Origin: Candidatus Dormiibacterota bacterium
GTDB lineage: Bacteria > Chloroflexota > Dormibacteria > Aeolococcales > Aeolococcaceae
Direction of reading: 5' to 3'
Assembly: GCA_963830305.1 (NCBI GenBank)
Contig: CAWHLW010000005.1
Location: 2,473-66,472, forward strand
Length of the DNA: 64,000 bases
The notes below the pieces were generated by a model. The model searched no databases and was not told the origin of the DNA. It was given only the letters and a program-made list of their open reading frames with translations. Shown here piece after piece: positions 45,787-55,753 of the stretch (the first letter of the stretch is position 1; every line of letters starts with the position of its first letter). The translations under genes and the position numbers were made by a program.

Positions 45787-46836
45787 ATGAGTTCCGAAAC
45801 TTCCCACGACCGTCTCATCGGAAGGGTGTCGCTCATCCTGGATCGGATGGTGCACGTCCGCCTGACCGCCGTCGGGATCACCCGCCCCGAGACGATCGAC
45901 CGCGAGCCGGTCGACCGTGCCGCATTCTGGGAACAGAGCCGGGTGCTCGATCCGCGCCCGATCCAGGTACACCGGGAATGGGAGTCGCTCGGCGGCCCAC
46001 GCTGGCGTGAGCTCGAACTCGAAGGCGAGAGTGAGGGTCCTGGGGGTCACTGGGGAAGCCGCCATCTGGTCGCCACCGCGCACGTCCGCAGGGAGCCGGG
46101 GCCGGCGCCCTTTGTGCTGCTGCTGCACGGGTATGCCGTGCCCCAGACCACGTACGACCGCTGGCTGGCCAAGCAGATGCGCATTCGCGGAGCGCACACG
46201 GCGCGGCTCGACCTGCCGTATCACCTTCGGCGCACGCTCCCCGGACAGCGCAGTGGCGACGGTTACTTCAGCCTCGATCCCGCGCACATCAGGGCGGTCG
46301 TTCGCCAGTCCGTCGAGGACGCGGCGGCGGTGATCGCCTGGGCTCGCGCCGAGGTGAGCCCATATGTGACAGTCGTCGGCGTCAGCCTCGGAGGGTTGAT
46401 CGCCACCCTGCTCGCCGCCCAGCTCGACCTGGACCGGGTGATCGCAGTCGCCCCGTTCTGCGACCCCGCAACGACACTCTCGCAGCGGCCGCCGACCCCA
46501 TCACTTCGCCACCTCGGCATGATCGGCGAGTTCAGCGGGTCCTGGGGTCCGGATCGCGCGAGCGCCGGCCGCTTTCTGGAGTCGACGCTGGCGCCGCTGG
46601 TCGCGCGCAACTTCAGCCCGCGGACGCCGGGCGATCGCATCACCATGGTTCGGGCCATGCAGGACCTGGTGGTCGGGCCCGACCCGGTCACCCGGCTCAG
46701 CGCCGAGTGGCAGACGGATCTCTGGACCTACCCGCACGGGCACATGACCGTGATGAGTGCCGGCGGGATCGCGCGGCGCATCGCCGATCGCGCCACCGCG
46801 ATGCAGGACGATCCCGGGCTCTCCGTCGCTGTATGA
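45787..46836 (+). CDS. alpha/beta hydrolase
   Basis: 349 aa. FVLLLHGY, nucleophile elbow GVSLGG, and a late His (YPHGHM). Confidence 0.75.
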   Translation: MSSETSHDRLIGRVSLILDRMVHVRLTAVGITRPETIDREPVDRAAFWEQSRVLDPRPIQVHREWESLGGPRWRELELEGESEGPGGHWGSRHLVATAHVRREPGPAPFVLLLHGYAVPQTTYDRWLAKQMRIRGAHTARLDLPYHLRRTLPGQRSGDGYFSLDPAHIRAVVRQSVEDAAAVIAWARAEVSPYVTVVGVSLGGLIATLLAAQLDLDRVIAVAPFCDPATTLSQRPPTPSLRHLGMIGEFSGSWGPDRASAGRFLESTLAPLVARNFSPRTPGDRITMVRAMQDLVVGPDPVTRLSAEWQTDLWTYPHGHMTVMSAGGIARRIADRATAMQDDPGLSVAV

Positions 46837-47423
46837 CGGCGACCCAGTCGGGGCTTCGCCGCGAGGGCGTCGCCCGAAATGGCCACCCCTACCTCATCAG
46901 GCCTTCGACGGATGCCGATGCGCCGGGGCTCGCCGCCCTGATCGACGCCGTGGCGGGGGAGGGTGAGCTGCTCGCGGCGGTCCCCGGTGAACCGGACACC
47001 ATCGAACAGAGCTTGCGTCTGGTGTCGATCGTGCTCGAGGGCGGGCTGAGCCTCACGCTCGAGGTCGACGGCGCACCCGCAGGCCACGTGATGGTGCAGC
47101 GCCGCGTCGGGAACCACTATGCGCACGTGGGTGAAATAGCCATCGTTGTCAGCAACGCGGAGCGCGGTGCCGGACTTGGCCGCATGCTCATGGAGACGGC
47201 GATCGCCTGGGGACGCACGGTCGGCCTGGCCAAGATCAGCCTGCGGGTCTTCCCCGACAATCGTCGTGCGATCAGCCTCTACCGGTCGCTCGGATTCGAA
47301 GAGGAGGGGCTGGTGAAGGGCGAGGTGCGGATGCCCGGCGGCGACCGGGACATGCTGCTCATGGGCCTTGCCCTGGGCGGATCGGGCCTGGCGCGTGCCC
47401 CTGCTATCCTGCAAAACGAATGA
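46833..47423 (+). CDS. GNAT family N-acetyltransferase
   Basis: ATG overlaps the hydrolase stop (ATGA). The acetyl-CoA motif region is IVVSNAERGAGLGRMLME ... NRRAISLYRSLGF. Confidence 0.85.
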   Translation: MTATQSGLRREGVARNGHPYLIRPSTDADAPGLAALIDAVAGEGELLAAVPGEPDTIEQSLRLVSIVLEGGLSLTLEVDGAPAGHVMVQRRVGNHYAHVGEIAIVVSNAERGAGLGRMLMETAIAWGRTVGLAKISLRVFPDNRRAISLYRSLGFEEEGLVKGEVRMPGGDRDMLLMGLALGGSGLARAPAILQNE

Positions 47424-48277
47424 GCGACTCGCGCCCCATCGGCGTGTTCGACTCCGGTGTCGGTGGTCTGACCGTGCTCCGCGAGATCCGTCATCAGTTG
47501 CCTGCCGAATCGCTGATCTACGTGGCCGACCTGGAGCACTTCCCATACGGCCCGCGCTCGCAGAGCCAGGTGCGCGACCTTGCCCTCGACATCATCGGCA
47601 TGCTCGCGGCGATGGACACCAAGCTGGTGGTGATCGCGTGCAACACCGCAACCGCGGCGGCGCTCCATGTCGCGCGGGAGCGTTTCGACATCCCCGTGGT
47701 TGGTGTCATCGCCCCGGGAGCGCAGGCAGCGGCGGCGGCGACCCGCAACGGCCGCGTGGCGGTGCTCAGCACCGAGGGGACCCGCGCAAGCGGCGAGTAC
47801 GTCCACGCAATCCGTGAGGCCAACCCGGGGATCGCGGTGCTCAGCGAGGTCGCGGCGGATCTCGTCGCGATCGTCGAGGACGGAGACGCAAATACGCCGA
47901 GGGCCGAGGCAGCCCTGCGACCGGTGCTTGAACGCATCTTCGACTGGCGGGCCGACACGCTGGTCCTCGGATGCACGCACTACCCGCTGCTCCGTCCCAC
48001 GCTTGCGCGCTTGATCGGCGCCCGGCGGCTGCGCGTGGTGGACAGCGCTGATACCACGGCTGCGCGCGTCAAGCGCATCATCGCCGTGAACCGGATCGGC
48101 GCCGATGCGACGGCAACGCCCGGGTCGGAGGGCCTGACGATGCGGACCGAACTGCTGGTCACCGCTGCTCCGGCACGCTTCCGAAGCAGTGCGGCGCGCA
48201 TCTTCGACGAACCGCTTCCCGAACCCCGGACGGTGCGGCCGGTCACCCAGGTGATTCGAGTGGCGGCGGGGTCGTGA
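47420..48277 (+). CDS. murI: glutamate racemase
   Basis: 285 aa. GVFDSGVGGLTV, VIACNTA and LGCTHYP (the two catalytic Cys motifs). ATGA overlap with the GNAT gene. Confidence 0.9.
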   Translation: MSDSRPIGVFDSGVGGLTVLREIRHQLPAESLIYVADLEHFPYGPRSQSQVRDLALDIIGMLAAMDTKLVVIACNTATAAALHVARERFDIPVVGVIAPGAQAAAAATRNGRVAVLSTEGTRASGEYVHAIREANPGIAVLSEVAADLVAIVEDGDANTPRAEAALRPVLERIFDWRADTLVLGCTHYPLLRPTLARLIGARRLRVVDSADTTAARVKRIIAVNRIGADATATPGSEGLTMRTELLVTAAPARFRSSAARIFDEPLPEPRTVRPVTQVIRVAAGS

Positions 48278-49248
48278 GCATCGCCGCCGAGGAACTCCTG
48301 GAGCCGATCTCCACGGAGCTCATCGAATTCGAACGGCGCCTCGATGCCGAGATCGCATCCGACCTCGGTCCGATGGCGAGCGCCATGTCGCACATCGTCA
48401 AGGCGGGTGGCAAGCGCCTCCGCCCTGCGCTCGTCATCCTCGCGGCCCGGCTCGGCAATGCCGATGCCAATGATGTCTTCAACCTCGCCATGGGGATCGA
48501 GTTCATCCACACGGCGACCCTCGTCCATGACGATCTCATCGACAAAGCACCGACGCGGCGCGGGATCACCACCATCCACGAGGCACTGGGTCCCGACCCC
48601 GCGGTGATCATCGGCGACTATTACTTCGCCAAGGGCGCGTACCTCCTGGCCGAGATCGGGATGCCGGCCATCAACTCGGCGATCAGCAACGCGGTCATGA
48701 CCATCTGCATGGGGGAGCTGCTGCAGATGACGAGCCGCAACGAGTACGACCAGTCGCTCGCGGACTACCATCGCAAGATCGGCCGCAAGACAGCGACGCT
48801 GGTCAGCACCAGCTGCTACGGCGGCGGCCTCATCGCAGGCCTGGACACGGCATCCGTCGAGAGCCTGCGCCGCTACGGGCACAGCCTTGGCATGGCGTTT
48901 CAGATCGCCGACGACGTCCTGGATTACGTCGCGACCACTGCAGAGGTGGGCAAGCCCGTCGGCGCCGACCTCCGCCAGGGAACCGTCACCTTGCCATTGA
49001 TGCTGGCGCTCAAGGACCGCGAGGTTGGCGCCCGTCTCCAGCGCATTCTGGCCAAGAATGACTTGAACGAAGAGGACTTCGACACGGTGGTGAGCCTGGT
49101 GCGCGGCTCCGATGCGATCGCCGCGGCAGAACGCAGCGCCCAGGAGTTCGCGCGGGAAGCCGCCAAGGAGTTGAAGGACTTTCCGGAGTCGGACGCTCGC
49201 GAAACCCTCGAGCGCGTCTGCGACTACGTCGTCGAGCGCCGGATCTGA
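48274..49248 (+). CDS. polyprenyl diphosphate synthase (trans-IPPS, long-chain type)
   Basis: 324 aa. First DDxxD in TLVHDDLID, second in FQIADDVLD. Confidence 0.9.
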   Translation: MSIAAEELLEPISTELIEFERRLDAEIASDLGPMASAMSHIVKAGGKRLRPALVILAARLGNADANDVFNLAMGIEFIHTATLVHDDLIDKAPTRRGITTIHEALGPDPAVIIGDYYFAKGAYLLAEIGMPAINSAISNAVMTICMGELLQMTSRNEYDQSLADYHRKIGRKTATLVSTSCYGGGLIAGLDTASVESLRRYGHSLGMAFQIADDVLDYVATTAEVGKPVGADLRQGTVTLPLMLALKDREVGARLQRILAKNDLNEEDFDTVVSLVRGSDAIAAAERSAQEFAREAAKELKDFPESDARETLERVCDYVVERRI

Positions 49249-49279
49249 CCCGCGCGATTCCCCGGCGTCGACGGGCCGC

Positions 49280-49933
49280 TCACAGCGCGCCGAGCCGGCG
49301 CACTTCCGTACCAAAAGCGCGAGCCCACACCGCGAGCACTGCCGCTGCGACGACGTACCCCAGGGCCTCGATCACCGTTGCCGGCAGGGTGGTCAGGAGT
49401 TGCGGATCGGCGGACTGGCCCGCGATGACGCCCGCGACCGTGCGAGCCGCGTCCACCGCCGCGAGCAGACACACCAGCACGAGCGCGCAGCGAACGATTC
49501 GATACTCACGACGCAGACCTGCACGGAGCTGGGCGAGCGTCTGGTGCTCGACCGAGGTCCGGCCTGCGGGCGGTTCGGTGGCGCCGCGGCGAAGCCGCAC
49601 CACAGCCGCCGCGAAACACACGGCAGCCACCCACCCGGGCCAGAGCGTGCGCACGCTTGATCCGGTGGCGAGTAGCGTCTGCAGCGGGTTGAGCGCCATG
49701 TGCGCGGCGAGCTGGGCGGCCAGCGACTGGTGCAGGCGCACGAGCAACGTGCCGGCAACGCCGCACGCCGCCGCGACGACCGCAACCGCGACACAGCGCA
49801 GCGCGATCGGACCACGGTCGAGGAAGACGAGCTCGGTGAGATGTGCGTCGCGCTGTGGCTGCACCGTGGCATTGTAAGTTCGGTCGATGTCGCGAGCCAG
49901 AAAACCCACACCGCGCAGGATTCGCGTCGCCAC
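49280..49933 (-). CDS. hypothetical membrane protein (start uncertain)
   Basis: 217 aa ORF with about 4 hydrophobic segments. The annotated start would overlap the divergent EEP gene. An internal GTG near 49864 is possible. Confidence 0.45.
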   Translation of the reverse strand: MATRILRGVGFLARDIDRTYNATVQPQRDAHLTELVFLDRGPIALRCVAVAVVAAACGVAGTLLVRLHQSLAAQLAAHMALNPLQTLLATGSSVRTLWPGWVAAVCFAAAVVRLRRGATEPPAGRTSVEHQTLAQLRAGLRREYRIVRCALVLVCLLAAVDAARTVAGVIAGQSADPQLLTTLPATVIEALGYVVAAAVLAVWARAFGTEVRRLGAL

Positions 49934-50903
49934 TTACAACATCCTGCTTGGTGGCGAGCAGCGCCGCGAGCTCGTTGCCAATGTGCTGCGACGCATCGAC
50001 GCCGATGTGGTCGCGCTCCAGGAGGTTCGCGAGGTGGATCGCGTCCGCGATCTTGCAGGCGACCTCGGCATGGAGATGTTCCTCGGAGAACCCAGCGACC
50101 CGGATTCGCCCATGAACACCGCCATCCTCACGCGGCTCCCGGTGCGCGCGTGGCGGAACCGCCGCCACCACGGCAGGATGCTGCGCTCCCACCTGCACTG
50201 CGACATCGAGACCGGCGGCGCCGAGCTTCCTGTGGTCGGCGTTCACTGCCTGCACCTCGCGGCCCGCTTTGGCGATCGCAACAAGGGAGAGGCGCGTCGG
50301 ATCCGGGAGATCGGTGCGGTGCTCACCGACATCGCCGACGAGCCGCCGCTGCCGCACTTGCTGATCGGCGACTTCAATGCGCTGTCGCCAGGTGACGACA
50401 TCCTCGCGACGTCGTTCTTCCGGCGGATGAACGACCTGCGCCGCGCCGGTCTCCTCGTGGTGGGATCCAATGGCATCCTCACCCCCCTGGCTCCCCAGGA
50501 CGGGCACGACAACGGCCTCGCGGATCGCTGGCGTCGCGCTGGGGTGGATCCGCGTCTGCTCGGTGGGATCCCCGCACTCCCGAGGGTGGTTGCGCCGCTG
50601 ACTGTCGGGCTCCCGGTCTCGCGCGCCATGGACCGGTTTCTCGGACGCCTCATCGAGCGCTGGACGATCGAGCGCCTACTCAAGGAGGGCTATGTCGATT
50701 GCTACCGCGACGTGCATCCGCGAGCGCGCGGGCTCACGTGCGCGACCTGGCAGCTCTCCGCCCGCGTCGACTACGTCTTCGCGACGCCTGACCTCGCTGC
50801 GCACGTGGTCGGCGCGGACGTCGTCGGAGGCCGGACGTGGCCCGATCCCGACGCCGCGGTAGCGTCCGACCACTATCCCGTGGTGGCCGACTTCAGCGTT
50901 TGA
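49887..50903 (+). CDS. endonuclease/exonuclease/phosphatase (EEP) family protein
   Basis: 338 aa. VATYNIL, VVALQEV, LIGDFNA and C-terminal SDHYPVVADF. Confidence 0.8.
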   Translation: MSRARKPTPRRIRVATYNILLGGEQRRELVANVLRRIDADVVALQEVREVDRVRDLAGDLGMEMFLGEPSDPDSPMNTAILTRLPVRAWRNRRHHGRMLRSHLHCDIETGGAELPVVGVHCLHLAARFGDRNKGEARRIREIGAVLTDIADEPPLPHLLIGDFNALSPGDDILATSFFRRMNDLRRAGLLVVGSNGILTPLAPQDGHDNGLADRWRRAGVDPRLLGGIPALPRVVAPLTVGLPVSRAMDRFLGRLIERWTIERLLKEGYVDCYRDVHPRARGLTCATWQLSARVDYVFATPDLAAHVVGADVVGGRTWPDPDAAVASDHYPVVADFSV

Positions 50904-50908
50904 CCCGC

Positions 50909-51358
50909 TCAGCCCAGGGTGTTGATCGAGGTGACCGCCGTGTAGACCACGGCAAGGAAGAGGATCGTGATGACCAGGGCGACGATGCCGGTCACAACGC
51001 CGGTGATCGCCATGCCCTTGCCGCCACCGCCATGCGCGTTCGCATGGCGGATGCCGAGCGCACCGAAGATGATCGCCAGGGCGCCCAGGATGATGCTGAT
51101 GTAGTCGATGAACGGGATCCAGCAGAGCACCACCGCGACGATCCCGCAGACGCCACCTGCGATCCCCAGACCGTTGCCTGGCTGGACCACTGCATATTGC
51201 TGGGGCTGCTGGTAGTACCCGTAGGGAGGTCCCTGAGGTGGGTATCCCTGCTGCGGTGGATACCCCTGCTGCACTGGAAACCCGGGCGATTGCGGAGGGT
51301 TGTCGGGCTGCGGCGATCCCCAACCCGGCGGCTGCGGAGTCCCTGGAGCGTCAGACAT
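50909..51358 (-). CDS. DUF4190-like membrane protein with Pro/Gln/Tyr-rich N-terminus
   Basis: Start MSDAPGTPQPPGWGSPQPDNPPQSPGFPVQQGYPPQQGYPPQGPPYGYYQQPQQ, followed by GLGIAGGVCGIVAVVLCWIPFIDYISIILGALAIIFGALG. Confidence 0.75.
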   Translation of the reverse strand: MSDAPGTPQPPGWGSPQPDNPPQSPGFPVQQGYPPQQGYPPQGPPYGYYQQPQQYAVVQPGNGLGIAGGVCGIVAVVLCWIPFIDYISIILGALAIIFGALGIRHANAHGGGGKGMAITGVVTGIVALVITILFLAVVYTAVTSINTLG

Positions 51359-51497
51359 GTGGGTCTCTCCACAGCGGCCGCGGTGATGATCCCCACGAAG
51401 ACACCGATGCTCGGTCCGGACGAGTACCCGGGACGGGGCCGCCGACGACCACGATGGCGACATTCGACAGCTGCTTGCCTGCCACGTTCAGTGGCAT
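51351..51497 (-). CDS. possible 48-codon upstream ORF coupled to the DUF4190-like gene
   Basis: ATG lies 7 nt after GGGAGG. MPLNVAGKQLSNVAIVVVGGPVPG... Its stop overlaps the downstream ATG (ATGTCTGA). The C-terminal half is low-complexity. Confidence 0.2.
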   Translation of the reverse strand: MPLNVAGKQLSNVAIVVVGGPVPGTRPDRASVSSWGSSPRPLWRDPHV

Positions 51498-51550
51498 ATC
51501 AGGCCTCCCTCACGGAACTGAGCGGATCCCGTTGGGTGCTCGGTCCGGCC

Positions 51551-52105
51551 TCAGGCGCCCGGAGGTGGAGGAGGCGGCGGGTTGTAGCCGCCTGGAGGAT
51601 TGCCGTAGCCGCTGGTCGGTCCGGCCGCGACGAGAGGCGTCTCGCCGGGGAACCGGCTGATGACCACCACGTACCAGACGATCGCGTAGACAATCACGTC
51701 GATGATCAGGCCGACAATCGCTCCGCCGTACCCGACCCCGAGGATCGCGTATCCGGCGTAGAAGATGATCGTGCCGATGGTGCTCACGACGCCGCCGATG
51801 AATCCGAGCGCCAGACCGTAGATCACCAAACGCTTGCCGTCACGGTTGAGTTGATACATCTGGTAGGCGCCATAGGTGCCAACGCAGACGCCGACGAGTC
51901 CGATGATCGCGCCCAGGAGCCACAGAATCGGGAAGCCGCAGCCCCCGAGAGTGCAGGCGCCGAACGTGGCCGTGAGTCCGAGGACTCCAAAGATGATGCC
52001 GATCACTCCGAGGATGAGCAGCACCAGGCCCAGAGTCTTCGCGGGTATGTTCAGCTTGACCGGCGGGTCTGCCGCAAAGGGCGGGTCAGTCAGGATGTTG
52101 GCCAT
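51551..52105 (-). CDS. multi-TM membrane protein with Pro/Gly-rich C-terminal tail
   Basis: Start MANILTDPPF after GGGAGGAA. Four or five TM helices. Tail GYGNPPGGYNPPPPPPPGA. Confidence 0.7.
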   Translation of the reverse strand: MANILTDPPFAADPPVKLNIPAKTLGLVLLILGVIGIIFGVLGLTATFGACTLGGCGFPILWLLGAIIGLVGVCVGTYGAYQMYQLNRDGKRLVIYGLALGFIGGVVSTIGTIIFYAGYAILGVGYGGAIVGLIIDVIVYAIVWYVVVISRFPGETPLVAAGPTSGYGNPPGGYNPPPPPPPGA

Positions 52106-52198
52106 TGGTTCGGGTGTTCCTCCCAGCATGAATGAGCTGCTGTGTGTGGCATCGGCGTTGGCCGGGGGCGCCACGTCCCCCGAGCGCGGTCGGCTGGA

Positions 52199-52654
52199 TT
52201 ATGGAGTAATCAGGCCCTCTTGGGAAAGGCCTTCGCGAACTAGCCGGCGACGATCTGGATGCAACCGGCGCAGCACTGCTGCGGTGCAGAGTCCGGCCGC
52301 CGCAACCAAGGCCAGAAAGATGCCGATGCCGAGGGAGCGTCCGGTTGCCTTCGCCAGGATCATCTGAATGAGCACGCTGCCCATCGCCACTGCGGACGCG
52401 GTTGCATACGCGGCGCTCTCAGGAATATAGGGCGTGATGACGTCATCGACGAACCCGCGTCCGATCAGGAGCAGGAGGACGACTGCGGCGATCGCGATGA
52501 AGAACACGTCCCCGAGGACCGATGCACGAAATGCGTTGACCGACACCTGTGCGGTGCCCGCGGAATACGCGTACCAGGGAAGGAACGCTACGAGGACGCC
52601 GACGGCGGCTGATGCGACACCGATCGCCTCCGCCCTGTTGATGTGGCTGGGCAT
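52199..52654 (-). CDS. hypothetical membrane protein
   Basis: 151 aa with four hydrophobic segments. No family recognised. Confidence 0.6.
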   Translation of the reverse strand: MPSHINRAEAIGVASAAVGVLVAFLPWYAYSAGTAQVSVNAFRASVLGDVFFIAIAAVVLLLLIGRGFVDDVITPYIPESAAYATASAVAMGSVLIQMILAKATGRSLGIGIFLALVAAAGLCTAAVLRRLHPDRRRLVREGLSQEGLITP

Positions 52655-52759
52655 CGCCTTGTCCTCGAGATGAACCGGGATGAGTCACCGAGCCGCGTCG
52701 ACGCGAACCGGTATGAATGTGATGGTTCGAGTGGATGGTATGCAGCGCTGGGCGTGCTG

Positions 52760-53551
52760 TCAACGCCGCCGGCGCGATCGAGCGCTCGCGGCGGTGCCTT
52801 TCGCGGGTCCACCAGGCGGTGTCACGCCGGTATCCGCCGCGAAGGCGGGTGGCTTGCCTGCCACCAGAAGATCGCCCAATGTCGCCCAGTTGAAGCGCTC
52901 GGCGCCTCGGCGCACCAGCTCGACAAAGCACGCGGCGGTGGCCTCCGCATCAGCAAGCGCGTGGTGCGGCTTGCGATGCACCACTCCGAGCTCGCGGCAC
53001 AAACGCTCGAGGCCGATGGTGTCCTTGAGATCGAAGAGCTTGGCGGCGAGCCGTGTTGTGTCGACGTTGTCCGCATCGAGGCTCGATCCGATGGCACGGC
53101 CGATCAGCCGCGTATCGAAAGCGTCAGCGCTGTGTTCCACGAGCACCGCGCCTTTGGCGAAGCGCTGAAATCGATCCACCACGAGCGAAACGGGCGGCGC
53201 ACCATTGAGGGTCGCGGCGTCGATGCCATGAATCCGTCGAGCGTACGGGTTGATCCGATCGTTGCTGTGCACCAGCGTCTCGAAGCTCATCAGGTGCTCG
53301 CCCATCGTGAAAGCAACCGCACCGAGCTCCACCAGGTGATGCGGCGATTGACCGGTCGTCTCGCAGTCCAGGGCAACGAAATGCAAGGCGTCGATGGGCG
53401 TATCCGGAGATGGCCGTTCGGCCGACCACGAGTTGATTGCGTCGTCGAGCGTGGCAAACGGCTCGGACCCCGCCGGACCGAGGCGCGGCAGAAACTTGTC
53501 GCCCGTGGGAACCCTCCCTCGGCGGCGACCGTATCGCCGGCGAGCTTCCAT
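52760..53551 (-). CDS. DEDDh 3'-5' exonuclease (DNA polymerase III epsilon-like)
   Basis: Start MEARRRY. Exo motifs FVALDCETTG, LVEHSADAFD and HHALADAEA. Basic C-terminal tail. Confidence 0.8.
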   Translation of the reverse strand: MEARRRYGRRRGRVPTGDKFLPRLGPAGSEPFATLDDAINSWSAERPSPDTPIDALHFVALDCETTGQSPHHLVELGAVAFTMGEHLMSFETLVHSNDRINPYARRIHGIDAATLNGAPPVSLVVDRFQRFAKGAVLVEHSADAFDTRLIGRAIGSSLDADNVDTTRLAAKLFDLKDTIGLERLCRELGVVHRKPHHALADAEATAACFVELVRRGAERFNWATLGDLLVAGKPPAFAADTGVTPPGGPAKGTAASARSRRRR

Positions 53552-53618
53552 ACACCCCCATCGTAGAACTCCTGGACCTGGGAACCGGTGAGGACCGACC
53601 TCCAACCTATACTCGCTC

Positions 53619-54869
53619 GTGATGCGACTGATAGCCGCCGGGCTGAGCTTTCGCACCGCTCCACTGGCTGTGCGGGAGGCTGCGGCCATCCCAGCGGCGC
53701 GCGCTGCAACGACGTTGCGGTACCTCGTGGGGCACGCGGGCCTCCTCGGCGCGGCAGTCCTTTCCACCTGCAATCGCACCGATTTCTATGTCGTCTGCCC
53801 CGATAACCTCAGCGCGGAGGTCACCCCGCGACTGGCCCGCTACCTCGACCCGGGCGGCACGCGTGGGCTCGAGCGCCACATGGTCACCCTCGAGGACCGC
53901 GAGGCCGCGGAGCACATGTTTCGGGTCGCGAGCGGTCTCGAAAGCATGGTGATCGGTGAGGCGCAGGTGCTCGGGCAGTTCAAGAGCGCACATCGTGTGG
54001 CCACGGAGGCGGGGACAGTGGATGCGCGCCTCGACTACGTCATGCGCCGCGCCATTTCGACCGCCAAGCGCGTGCGCACGGAAACCGCGCTGGGCCGAGG
54101 CGCCGCGAGCCTCAGCGAGGTGGCGGTGGAGTGCGCGCGAGCCTCTTGCGGAGACCTCGAGGGCAAGGGCGTCCTGCTGGTCGGCGCGGGAAAGATGAGC
54201 CGCCTGGCTGCGGACCGGTTGCACGACCAGGGCGCGCGCATCATGACCACGTCGCGCGGCGAATCGAGCCGCCGGCTTGCCAGGGCGGTCGGCGCCGAAC
54301 CTGTGGCGCTGGCCGCGATCGGCGAGGTTGCGGACGAGGTTGACGTGATCATCGCGTCCACGGACAGCCCGGCCACCGTCTTCGCGGCCACCGCGGTCGA
54401 TGCACTGCAGCGCAGGCGCGGCCAGCGTCCGCTGTGCATCGTCGACATGGCGGTGCCTCGCGATGTCGAGGCGGCAGCTGCCGAGGTGCCCGGGGTGACC
54501 CTGATTGACATCGACGAGTTGGGGCGGCGCGCCGGCCAGCGACTCGATCAGCGCCGGGAGACAGTACCGGCCGCCGAGGAGATCATCGACCACGAGCTCG
54601 AGAAGACGGTCACCGTGATCGGTCAGCGCGACACGGCGGGACCGACCATCGCCGCGCTCGTCGACTGGGCCGAGAAGCTTCGAGCTCAGGAAGTGGCTCG
54701 CTCCTTCGACAGCGGGCGTCCGATCGACGAGGCGACCCGCGAGCGTGTCGAGCTGCTGACTCGGAGCATGGTGCGCAAGCTGCTCCACGGTCCGGTCACC
54801 CGCCTCCGCGAAGCCGGGGACCCCGCGACGGCGCTGGCGATCCGCGAGGCATTCCGGCTCGATCGTTGA
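53619..54869 (+). CDS. hemA: glutamyl-tRNA reductase
   Basis: 416 aa (GTG 53619 or ATG 53622). LSTCNRTDFY (catalytic Cys) and NADPH site LLVGAGKMS. Confidence 0.9.
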   Translation: MMRLIAAGLSFRTAPLAVREAAAIPAARAATTLRYLVGHAGLLGAAVLSTCNRTDFYVVCPDNLSAEVTPRLARYLDPGGTRGLERHMVTLEDREAAEHMFRVASGLESMVIGEAQVLGQFKSAHRVATEAGTVDARLDYVMRRAISTAKRVRTETALGRGAASLSEVAVECARASCGDLEGKGVLLVGAGKMSRLAADRLHDQGARIMTTSRGESSRRLARAVGAEPVALAAIGEVADEVDVIIASTDSPATVFAATAVDALQRRRGQRPLCIVDMAVPRDVEAAAAEVPGVTLIDIDELGRRAGQRLDQRRETVPAAEEIIDHELEKTVTVIGQRDTAGPTIAALVDWAEKLRAQEVARSFDSGRPIDEATRERVELLTRSMVRKLLHGPVTRLREAGDPATALAIREAFRLDR

Positions 54870-55753
54870 TGCCGGGAGCGGACACCACGACGCTTCGGCT
54901 GGCGACGCGCGGCAGCGCACTCGCGCTCAGGCAGACGGCGCTCGCTGCGGATGCGCTCCGCGACGCCGGGCATGGTGATGTGGAGAGCGTCATCCTCCGA
55001 ACCGAGGGCGACCGGCGCGTGGATGCGCCTGTCGATCAGCTCGAGGGCCAGGGCTGGTTCACCGCCGAGCTCGAACGCAGCCTCCTGGACGGCCGGGCTG
55101 ATCTGGCGGTGCACAGCGCAAAGGACCTGCCGTCCGCTCTGGCCGCGGGCCTGACCATCGCCGCATACCTTCCTCGGGCCGATGCCCGCGACGGCGTGGT
55201 GTCCGCGAGCGGCGGGCGGCTGGATGAACTCCACGCCGGGGCAACGGTTGGAACGAGCAGCGCACGGCGGGCGGGATTCCTCGCCGGCCTGTATCCCGGA
55301 CTCCGGGTGGTGCCGATTCGCGGCAACGTCGACACGCGCCTGCGCAAGCTCGACGCCGGCGGTTTCGACGCGCTCCTGCTTGCGTGCGCGGGGCTCGATC
55401 GCCTGGGGCTCGGCGACCGCTTCACCGAACGGCTCGATCCCTTCGAGTTCGTTCCATCGCCGGCCCAGGGCGCCATCGCCATCGAGGCGGTGAGCGGCTC
55501 CGCCGCGGCATCCGCATGCGAATCGGTCGACAACAATGAGACGCGGATCGCCGTGACCGCCGAGCGCGCGGTGCTCAGCGCTCTCGGCGGTGGCTGCTTG
55601 CTTCCCCTCGGTGCGTGGGCACGGATCGTGGATGGACGCCTGGTGCTGGTCGCTGCGCTGGTGGTGGAGGGAGCGATCCGACGGGCCGAAGCCGATGGGA
55701 GCCTCGACGATCCCGAAGCGCTCGGTGGGATGGTTGCGGCGCGGCTTCGATGA
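54869..55753 (+). CDS. hemC: hydroxymethylbilane synthase (porphobilinogen deaminase)
   Basis: LRLATRGSALALRQ and DLAVHSAKDLP. The start overlaps the hemA stop (TTG 54866 or ATG 54869). Confidence 0.9.
   Translation: MPGADTTTLRLATRGSALALRQTALAADALRDAGHGDVESVILRTEGDRRVDAPVDQLEGQGWFTAELERSLLDGRADLAVHSAKDLPSALAAGLTIAAYLPRADARDGVVSASGGRLDELHAGATVGTSSARRAGFLAGLYPGLRVVPIRGNVDTRLRKLDAGGFDALLLACAGLDRLGLGDRFTERLDPFEFVPSPAQGAIAIEAVSGSAAASACESVDNNETRIAVTAERAVLSALGGGCLLPLGAWARIVDGRLVLVAALVVEGAIRRAEADGSLDDPEALGGMVAARLR

Noticed and set aside
46013-46018. GAACTC inside the alpha/beta hydrolase gene as a possible additional frameshift site. Similarly 131-136, about 3806, about 26657, about 33541, about 45418 and about 63908.
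   Set aside because: The flanking translation is continuous in one frame with protein-like composition and family motifs on both sides. These copies of the hexamer appear genuine.
51190-51300. Repeated GGGTATCCC/CTGCTG-type DNA periodicity
   Set aside because: It encodes the PQQGYPPQQGYPPQG low-complexity N-terminus of the DUF4190-like protein.
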